From contig JAFPWT010000015.1 in NCBI GenBank assembly GCA_017394865.1, forward strand, positions 61,779 through 125,778: a DNA stretch of 64,000 nt, read 5' to 3'. Positions 57,203-64,000 of this stretch are shown one piece after another (the first letter of the stretch is position 1; each line of letters begins with the position of its first letter). This DNA comes from Bacteroidales bacterium. Its GTDB lineage: Bacteria > Bacteroidota > Bacteroidia > Bacteroidales > F082. The notes below the pieces were generated by a model, which did no database searches, was not told the origin of the DNA, and worked only from the letters and a program-made list of their open reading frames with translations. Position numbers and translations under genes: made by a program.

Positions 57203-58168
57203 ATGCTTTCTTTTGAAGAAATACATGATATAGCGGCACAAGTTATTGAAAACGAAGCGACTGCCATCAGGAATTTAATTCCTTCTTTGGATGAAAATTT
57301 CAACAAAGTGGTTCACTTGATGCATGAGAACAAGGGAGTCACTGTGTTTTCGGGCGTTGGAAAGAGCGCCATCATCGCCCAAAAGATCGCTGCAACCATG
57401 AATTCGACGGGTACTTCATCGGTATTTATGCACGCTGCCGATGCCATTCACGGCGACCTGGGCATCATCCGTGAACACGACTTGGTGGTGATTCTCTCCA
57501 AGAGCGGCGAGACCCCTGAAATCAAGGTGCTGGTGCCTTTGATCAAGTTACGCGGCAACACCATCATCGCCATCGTGGGCAACCGCAACAGTTTTTTAGC
57601 CCAGCAGGCCGACTACGTACTAGACGTCACCGTCAACGAAGAAGGCATTGCTGGCAACCTCGCCCCTACCAGCAGCACCACAGCCCAACTCGTCATGGGC
57701 GACGCCCTGGCCATCTGCCTGATGAAATGCCGCGGCTTCTCGACCGACGACTTCGCCAAGTTCCATCCCGGCGGCGCCCTAGGCAAGCAGCTTTACCTCC
57801 GCGTCAAAGACCTATATATTAATAATGAGAAACCCGAAGTCGGTCCCGACGACACCCTCGCCCAGGTCATCATTGAGATGACCAAGAAACGGCTTGGTGC
57901 CACGGCAGTCCTGGATCAAGGCCACCTTGTCGGCATCATCACCGACGGCGACCTGCGACGCATGCTACTGCAACACCCCGACATCGAGCATGTCAAGGCT
58001 AGCGACATCATGACCCGCAACCCCAAGACCATCGACGAGAACGACCTCGTGGCCGACGCGCTCCAGAAGATGCGGCACAACAGCATCACCCAGCTGCCCG
58101 TGCTGAAGGACGGTAGCTATGTAGGCGTCATCCACCTCCACGACATCTTAAAAGAAGGCGTATTATGA
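57203..58168 (+). CDS. kpsF: KpsF/GutQ-family arabinose-5-phosphate isomerase (SIS + 2 CBS)
   Basis: [23 protein letters not shown] motif and tandem CBS domains in the C-terminal third. Confidence 0.85.
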   Translation: MLSFEEIHDIAAQVIENEATAIRNLIPSLDENFNKVVHLMHENKGVTVFSGVGKSAIIAQKIAATMNSTGTSSVFMHAADAIHGDLGIIREHDLVVILSKSGETPEIKVLVPLIKLRGNTIIAIVGNRNSFLAQQADYVLDVTVNEEGIAGNLAPTSSTTAQLVMGDALAICLMKCRGFSTDDFAKFHPGGALGKQLYLRVKDLYINNEKPEVGPDDTLAQVIIEMTKKRLGATAVLDQGHLVGIITDGDLRRMLLQHPDIEHVKASDIMTRNPKTIDENDLVADALQKMRHNSITQLPVLKDGSYVGVIHLHDILKEGVL

Positions 58169-58905
58169 GACTCTGGACACAACATCTATTCAAGAAATAC
58201 AAACAGCGCACCGTCGTCAACGATGTGAGTGTAGAAGTACAACAAGGGCAGATCGTGGGGCTTTTAGGACCTAACGGCGCCGGAAAGACCACCACCTTTT
58301 ACATGATCGTGGGTCTCATCAAACCCTTTTCCGGACAGGTGTTCCTCGATGATCAAGAGATCACCGGCGAGCCCATGTACAAACGCGCCCAGATGGGCAT
58401 CGGCTACCTGGCCCAGGAAGCCTCGGTGTTCCGGCAGATGAGCGTGGAAGACAACATATTCTCCGTCCTGCAGTTCAGGAAAGACCTGAATCGCGACAAA
58501 CGACATGAGAAACTGGAAGAGCTTCTCACCGAGTTCGGCTTGCAGCATGTCCGCAAGAACAAAGGCGTCCAGCTCTCCGGCGGCGAGCGACGCAGAACCG
58601 AGATCGCCCGTGCCCTGGCCGTCGACCCCAGCTTTATCTTGCTCGATGAGCCCTTCGCCGGCGTCGACCCCATCGCCGTGGAGGACATCCAACGCATCAT
58701 CGCCCGACTGAAAAAGAAAAACATCGGCGTGCTCATCACCGACCACAACGTCCACGAGACCCTCTCCATCACCGACTACGACTACCTCCTCTTCGAAGGC
58801 AAGGTACTGATGTCAGGAGCTCCCGAAGACCTGGCCACCAACCCCCATGTCCGCGACGTCTATCTCGGACACAACTTTGAATTCAAGAGAAAAGTCTTCG
58901 ATTAA
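58165..58905 (+). CDS. lptB: LPS export ABC transporter ATP-binding protein
   Basis: [28 protein letters not shown] and [11 protein letters not shown] motifs. ATGA overlap with kpsF. Confidence 0.88.
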   Translation: MRLWTQHLFKKYKQRTVVNDVSVEVQQGQIVGLLGPNGAGKTTTFYMIVGLIKPFSGQVFLDDQEITGEPMYKRAQMGIGYLAQEASVFRQMSVEDNIFSVLQFRKDLNRDKRHEKLEELLTEFGLQHVRKNKGVQLSGGERRRTEIARALAVDPSFILLDEPFAGVDPIAVEDIQRIIARLKKKNIGVLITDHNVHETLSITDYDYLLFEGKVLMSGAPEDLATNPHVRDVYLGHNFEFKRKVFD

Positions 58906-59609
58906 GGACGATAGAAAAGCAACGACAAAAGGATATAAAGCAGCAAGATAAACGGCAAAGCCACAAAGCGAAACACCGCGAAGCCTACCAACGCCAGGAT
59001 GAGGAAGATCCAGCGTACTTCATTGCCTTTCCAAGCTACCGATTTCATCTTAAATGAGAAAAACGGACGGTTGCTGACCATCATAAAAGAAAACAGCAAC
59101 ACAATGCCGAGGCCTAGGTAGGGATTCAGCACCGGTTGTCCGAGGACATCCATCTGCCAGAACGCCAGCGGCAGTGAAGCCATGAAGATGGCCATCGGCG
59201 GCGTAGGTAGCCCGATAAACGAAGTCGTCTGACGCGTATCGACATTGAATTTCGCCAAACGAATTGCCGAGAATACCGGCAACAGGAAGGCAAGGCAGGC
59301 AAAGAGCGACACGTTGCCCACCGGCCAGATGGGTTCAGTCATCCCTTCGAGCATCAGACGGTACATGATGAAACTTGGTGCCACGCCGAACGATACCACG
59401 TCGGACAACGAGTCGAGGTCCGCCCCAATGGGGGAATGCGCATCAAGCAACCGCGCCATGAAGCCGTCCAAAAAATCGAACAATCCTGCCGCGAAGATCA
59501 TGACCGCCGCCACCACAGGCATATCCGAGAAAGAAAACAGTATGGAGAAGCAACCTGAAAACAGGTTGCCGCAAGTGATGGCATTCGGTATATGTTGTTT
59601 CAGACTCAC
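58902..59609 (-). CDS. pssA: CDP-diacylglycerol--serine O-phosphatidyltransferase
   Basis: CDP-alcohol phosphatidyltransferase motif [23 protein letters not shown]. Confidence 0.85.
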   Translation of the reverse strand: MSLKQHIPNAITCGNLFSGCFSILFSFSDMPVVAAVMIFAAGLFDFLDGFMARLLDAHSPIGADLDSLSDVVSFGVAPSFIMYRLMLEGMTEPIWPVGNVSLFACLAFLLPVFSAIRLAKFNVDTRQTTSFIGLPTPPMAIFMASLPLAFWQMDVLGQPVLNPYLGLGIVLLFSFMMVSNRPFFSFKMKSVAWKGNEVRWIFLILALVGFAVFRFVALPFILLLYILLSLLFYRP

Positions 59610-59610
59610 C

Positions 59611-61179
59611 TTATTTCACAGCTTTCAATGTACAAACTTCTTTGTCGTTCCTCACTTCAACCAGATAGACCCCCGAGGTGAGACGTTCCACCATACTTCC
59701 TATCGCAAGGTTACGGGTCTCTTCCCCGTCGAACGTCTGGCTTGCCCCACAACGTCCGGTCAAGTCATAAAACGACACCGTCACTTCGCCTTTTACAGCC
59801 TTGTCAAGCTCAATACGGCTGTTGGTTCCAAGAGGATTGCCCACTATTCGGGCAAAAGGAGCGGCCGCCTGCTCAGAAACAGTGGTACCAGAGTATTCGT
59901 ATGGACCTATGTCGATACGCTGGTTTGAAACACGTGGTTGACCACCAAGATCCAAGCCGTTGATGATAATGTCTGGCGTTTCCTTCAGTCCTGCATCACG
60001 GCATGGGCTTCCTTCCTGCAAACGGAAATCATGATGCTCGGCATCCACAAACATCGGATCAGCATCGATGATATTCTCAAACACCTGGATCATCTCGCCG
60101 CTGTGGATATACTTCAGCCCGCCTTCGATCAAGCAATTGTAGAATTCAGGAACATATTCATCCATGGTCCACACCCACATCTGGGCGGTATCAATATGCT
60201 GACTCTCTTCTGGAGGATAGTTGCCATAGATGATGCAATTCGTCAACCGCGACGAGCAGTGACCATAGAAAAACACACCGTTACACGAAACCCCCTCGGA
60301 GCTATTGTTGGTCACCAACACATTGTATATCTCTGGCGAGGCGTCCGCCACGGCAAAACCACCACCGAAATGCGCTGAATAATTGTCATCAAACAACAAG
60401 TTGGACATGCGGCACTTCTTGTCTTCGCTTCGCATCAGGTACAAGCCACCGCCATTAACACCCATATTGTCGACGAATATCGACCTATCGAGCATCACAG
60501 AGCAACTATCGAAACTCAAAGCGCCTCCGATCGTCGGTGCCCTGTTGCCTCTGAACTCCATCTCGCTCATCTCGACATCGCTTCTCAGGAAACAAGCACC
60601 GCCGCCATAGATATACATATTCTCCTCATTGTATACCGTATTATCATTAATAGCACAACCTCGCATCTGAACCTGCGAATCCAAGGCGAAGATGGCGCCA
60701 CCCCGCTCGTGGGCGACACTATGTCGCAAAGTACTATGGAAGATTTTCACGTCTTCGCAACTGGTGATATCCAAAACGCCGCCGAACCAACTACCTTGGG
60801 GAAACGCTTTCCCATATTCGAGGATACAATAGTCCAGCAGAAACGAACCCGCCTTGCGAAGTTGGAAGCCATTCCATCCGCCATATTCTGCACCATATTT
60901 ATAAAAATCCGTAGTGTCGGCAACAGTAAACACAATGCTGTCCGACTCCGTACCACAAGCCGTAAACGACGCGCCATTACCAACTTCGATACTATAAAAG
61001 CCATCGAGCAAGACCACCGTGCCTGGCATAACATTCAACGAGCCAAACACCGTCACATTATCGACCACAAGCACCGTATCGGCATCCCAGGTACCTGACT
61101 GGAGACCGCCTACTTGGATCGTCTGAGCCTGAACACACAGGCACGACGCTAAAAGCATAAAGAGGAAGAATCTTTTCAT
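59611..61179 (-). CDS. secreted right-handed beta-helix protein with a T9SS C-terminal sorting domain
   Basis: Signal peptide MKRFFLFMLLASCLCVQAQ, repeated GGA/GGG turn motifs, and a C-terminus ...VSFYDLTGR...LTSGVYLVEVRNDKEVCTLKAVK typical of type A T9SS CTDs. I trimmed the start from 61272. Confidence 0.75.
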   Translation of the reverse strand: MKRFFLFMLLASCLCVQAQTIQVGGLQSGTWDADTVLVVDNVTVFGSLNVMPGTVVLLDGFYSIEVGNGASFTACGTESDSIVFTVADTTDFYKYGAEYGGWNGFQLRKAGSFLLDYCILEYGKAFPQGSWFGGVLDITSCEDVKIFHSTLRHSVAHERGGAIFALDSQVQMRGCAINDNTVYNEENMYIYGGGACFLRSDVEMSEMEFRGNRAPTIGGALSFDSCSVMLDRSIFVDNMGVNGGGLYLMRSEDKKCRMSNLLFDDNYSAHFGGGFAVADASPEIYNVLVTNNSSEGVSCNGVFFYGHCSSRLTNCIIYGNYPPEESQHIDTAQMWVWTMDEYVPEFYNCLIEGGLKYIHSGEMIQVFENIIDADPMFVDAEHHDFRLQEGSPCRDAGLKETPDIIINGLDLGGQPRVSNQRIDIGPYEYSGTTVSEQAAAPFARIVGNPLGTNSRIELDKAVKGEVTVSFYDLTGRCGASQTFDGEETRNLAIGSMVERLTSGVYLVEVRNDKEVCTLKAVK

Positions 61180-61201
61180 AAGGATTACTTTTACGATTTT
61201 G

Positions 61202-61209
61202 CAAATATA
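61202..61209 (-). promoter_or_regulatory. -7 promoter box (TATATTTG on the minus strand)
   Basis: CAAATATA on the plus strand, 23 nt upstream of the 61179 start. Confidence 0.4.
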
Positions 61210-61223
61210 ATAAAACAATGTGT

Positions 61224-61231
61224 TACATTTG
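61224..61231 (+). promoter_or_regulatory. -7 promoter box (TACATTTG)
   Basis: TAnnTTTG match 16 nt upstream of the queA ATG at 61247. Confidence 0.45.
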
Positions 61232-61246
61232 CAAAAAAATTCAGTG

Positions 61247-62455
61247 ATGACCGACATCAGAAGCATCTGCATTGACGAATACGACTATCCGCTGCCCGAG
61301 GAGCGCATTGCCAAGTATCCTTTGGCGGAGCGTGACGCCTCGAAACTGCTTGTGATGAAAGGCGATACAATTCAGGCTTCGCAGTTCAAGCACATCGGCG
61401 ACTTCCTGCCTCCGAAAGCATTGCTAGTTTTCAACGAGACCAAGGTGATTCGTGCCCGACTGCAATTTCAGAAAGAGACCGGGTCGCACATCGAAGTATT
61501 TTGCCTTGAGCCCGACGACGACTATCAGATTGCTTTCAGCAGTCCCTCTCCTGTCCGCTGGAAATGCCTGGTGGGCAACTCCAAACGCTGGCGTGAGGGT
61601 ATGCTCACGATGCACCTTAATATAAATGGCCACGACATTATCCTCACCGCTGAACGCATAGAAAAGAACGACCAATATTCCGAGATCCAGTTTTCGTGGA
61701 CCCCTTCAGAGTTGCCTTTCGCCACTATCTTGGAAGCTGCCGGTGAGATTCCGCTTCCACCTTATTTAAATAGAGAGGCTGAACCTGAGGATCGCGACCG
61801 TTACCAGACGGTGTTTGCCAAGTATGATGGCTCGGTGGCCGCGCCTACGGCGGGATTGCACTTCACCAAACCCCTGCTGGAGCAGCTAAGCCGCGACGGC
61901 TTCGAACTCGACGAAGTCACCCTTCACGTCGGCGCCGGCACTTTCAGACCTGTGGCCACGCCTACCATTGGAGAACATGCCATGCACTCGGAGACCATCG
62001 TCGTGCGTCGATCGTTGATCGAGAACCTGATCCGGCATATCGGAAGCCCCATCATCCCTGTGGGTACCACCAGCACCCGCACCTTGGAAAGCCTCTATTG
62101 GATCGGGATGATGCTGACCGAACAAGGGATGGATTGGCGTCCGCTCCATGTCGAACAATGGTATCCTTACGAAGAACATCCGGCTTTGACGACCCGTGAA
62201 TCACTGGAAAAGATCATCGCTTATCTCGACCTGCATCAGCTCACCCATCTCGAGGCCAGCACCGCCCTAATGATCGCCCCAAGTTATCAGATGAGGGTCA
62301 TCACAGGCTTGATCACCAACTTCCACCAACCCAAAAGCACCTTATTATTATTAGTGTCGGCACTCATCGGCGAACGTTGGAAAAAGGCCTACCGCTTTGC
62401 GCTTGACAACGGTTTCCGATTCCTCAGTTATGGCGATAGTTGTCTGTTTTTGTAA
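61247..62455 (+). CDS. queA: S-adenosylmethionine:tRNA ribosyltransferase-isomerase
   Basis: YDYPLPEERIAKYPLAERDASKLLV N-terminus plus PTAGLHFT and NFHQPKSTLLLLVSA motifs. Confidence 0.9.
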   Translation: MTDIRSICIDEYDYPLPEERIAKYPLAERDASKLLVMKGDTIQASQFKHIGDFLPPKALLVFNETKVIRARLQFQKETGSHIEVFCLEPDDDYQIAFSSPSPVRWKCLVGNSKRWREGMLTMHLNINGHDIILTAERIEKNDQYSEIQFSWTPSELPFATILEAAGEIPLPPYLNREAEPEDRDRYQTVFAKYDGSVAAPTAGLHFTKPLLEQLSRDGFELDEVTLHVGAGTFRPVATPTIGEHAMHSETIVVRRSLIENLIRHIGSPIIPVGTTSTRTLESLYWIGMMLTEQGMDWRPLHVEQWYPYEEHPALTTRESLEKIIAYLDLHQLTHLEASTALMIAPSYQMRVITGLITNFHQPKSTLLLLVSALIGERWKKAYRFALDNGFRFLSYGDSCLFL

Positions 62456-62502
62456 TTTTTTTAATTTTTTTTTCAAATATTGTTTTTTTGGTACGGATAT
62501 TG

Positions 62503-62510
62503 TATTTTTG
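62503..62510 (+). promoter_or_regulatory. -7 promoter box (TATTTTTG)
   Basis: TAnnTTTG match 59 nt upstream of the ATG at 62569. Confidence 0.35.
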
Positions 62511-62568
62511 CATCATGAACATTTAAAAACACACTTTCAAAATTATTAACACTTAAAAACTCAACATC

Positions 62569-63072
62569 ATGAAAAAAGCATTAGTACTCGGTGTTTTGGC
62601 TATCTTCGCCATCAGCATTGCAAACGTCAACGCTCAAGACAGAACCAACGTTCAAGAAAAAGCCAAGAAGACTTACAATCAAGAACCCGCCACAAAGAAG
62701 GGTGAAACCAAGAGCATCAACCAAGGTGTAAAGAAACAAGATCCCACTGCAAAACAGGTTACTGGCGCTAAAGAAGGTCAAAAGAAGATCCAAGGTACCA
62801 AGGGTGGCAACAAAGTCGCCAAGAACAAGGCTATGAACGACGCCGCCAAGAAGCAGACCACTGCCAAGAAGCAGACCGATGTCAACGCCACCACTACCGA
62901 AGTTGGCAAGAACGCCAAAGCCGAAAAGCAAGCTGTTGAATCAGAAAACGCCGGCAAGGAAGTTAAAGGCGCCAATGCAACTGGCAAAAATGTGACTGGC
63001 AAAGCCAACAGCGTGCCTCCTACCAAAAAAGAGAAGAAGGCCGAAACTGGCAACGTCACCACAACCAAGTAA
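62569..63072 (+). CDS. secreted lysine-rich low-complexity protein
   Basis: Signal peptide ...ANVNAQ, then a K/T/A/N/G-rich sequence with no hydrophobic core. Confidence 0.5.
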   Translation: MKKALVLGVLAIFAISIANVNAQDRTNVQEKAKKTYNQEPATKKGETKSINQGVKKQDPTAKQVTGAKEGQKKIQGTKGGNKVAKNKAMNDAAKKQTTAKKQTDVNATTTEVGKNAKAEKQAVESENAGKEVKGANATGKNVTGKANSVPPTKKEKKAETGNVTTTK

Positions 63073-63086
63073 TCTTACTGCATCAG

Positions 63087-63126
63087 AAAAAAGAACAGGC
63101 TTGAGAATCTCAAGCCTGTTTTTTTA
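63087..63126. terminator. bidirectional rho-independent terminator
   Basis: 12-bp stem AACAGGCTTGAG-AAT-CTCAAGCCTGTT, flanked by an A-run and a T-run, between convergent genes. Confidence 0.8.
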
Positions 63127-64000
63127 TTTATCCCTGCCCGAAAGCATCTCGGCATAGCGTCGCAGATGAACTTTTTGTTCTTCGGGTAGTTTCACCGTAT
63201 CGAGGGCAATATAGGCCTGGCGGTAGTAATCCTCCATCAACCGTTCCACCTCCTCTTTGACATGCAATTCGTCATAAATAGCGATCACCTCGTCGATTTT
63301 TCGCTGTGGGTTGATAGCGATCTCCCCAGAGAACAAAGCCGTTAAACGTTCTTTTTGTTCCGATGACGCCAACTCCAAGGCTTTCAGATACATCAAGGTC
63401 TTTTTGTTTTCGACGATATCACCACCTGTGACCTTGCCAAACACCTTCACATCGCTATAGCAGTCGAGGATATCGTCCTGCAACTGGAAGGCCATACCGA
63501 TGCCGATGCCAAAATCATAAAGATTCCTTTGATCCTCTTCGTCGGCATCAGCCACCACAGCCCCTATCTGAAGACTCGTGGCCAACAGCACGGCTGTCTT
63601 CAGGCGGATCATTTCCAGATATTCGGGGATGGACACCTCGGCACGGGTCTCAAACTCCATGTCCATCTGCTGACCCTCACAGATTTCGAGCATCACTTGG
63701 TTCAGCAAAGCCAGCGTCTCCACCGGCCTATGAGTCCGTGTGATGAAGTCATAGGCCATGAACAGGGCAGCATCGCCCGAGAGAATGGCTTGGTTGGTAT
63801 TCCATTTTTTATACACAGTAGCCATTCCCCTGCGGATGGGAGCTTGGTCCATGATATCGTCATGGATGAGCGTGAAGTTATGCGCCGTCTCCAATGCCAG
63901 CGCCGGATATTTAGCCTCATGATACTCTCCTCCGAAGAGGTCGCAAGCCAGCAGACACAACATGGGGCGGAGCCTCTTGCCTTTCTGCAAAACAGTGTAT
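63124..64000 (-). CDS. polyprenyl diphosphate synthase (trans-isoprenyl diphosphate synthase family); 5' end lies outside the window
   Basis: First and second Asp-rich motifs HDDIMDQ and QLQDDILD. The frame is still open at 64000, so the M at 63990 is internal. Confidence 0.85.
   Translation of the reverse strand, partial: YTVLQKGKRLRPMLCLLACDLFGGEYHEAKYPALALETAHNFTLIHDDIMDQAPIRRGMATVYKKWNTNQAILSGDAALFMAYDFITRTHRPVETLALLNQVMLEICEGQQMDMEFETRAEVSIPEYLEMIRLKTAVLLATSLQIGAVVADADEEDQRNLYDFGIGIGMAFQLQDDILDCYSDVKVFGKVTGGDIVENKKTLMYLKALELASSEQKERLTALFSGEIAINPQRKIDEVIAIYDELHVKEEVERLMEDYYRQAYIALDTVKLPEEQKVHLRRYAEMLSGRDK

Overview
This 64-kb window looks like chromosomal DNA from a Bacteroidota (Bacteroidales, Prevotella-like) genome. 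Supporting signs are a T9SS C-terminal sorting domain, many lipoprotein signal peptides, recurrent TAnnTTTG -7 promoter boxes, a MoxR-DUF58 Bat-type operon and a MurF-Alr fusion. About 62 protein genes fill the window at high coding density, and most are housekeeping: lysC, trmO, manA, mtnN, era, der, ackA-pta, rnpA-yidD, cdd, ettA, recQ, kpsF-lptB, pssA and queA. There is one tRNA (initiator-type tRNA-Met). I found no rRNA, CRISPR array, transposase or integrase. The region around 21.7-32.2 kb looks the least like core chromosome. It holds an apparent extracellular-DNA capture and degradation locus: a repeat-domain surface lipoprotein, a TonB-dependent receptor, an EEP nuclease and a NucA-type nuclease. 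Next to it sits a compositionally mosaic two-gene module, an M.EcoRI-family adenine methyltransferase plus a DUF262(ParB-like)-HNH nuclease. That module is preceded by a roughly 200-nt non-coding leader with mutually exclusive helices, and it abuts a decayed MNT/HEPN toxin-antitoxin pair. This module with its leader is my best candidate for something not yet described, but the case rests only on motifs and hand-found base pairing. A second recurring signal is a family of short purine-rich heptanucleotide tandem arrays. Four lie in operon-internal intergenic gaps, where they place stop codons in all three frames. Two lie inside coding sequences, where they encode near-identical QLSTL(N/H)S peptides. 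All product calls come from motif recognition in the supplied translations; no database search was possible.
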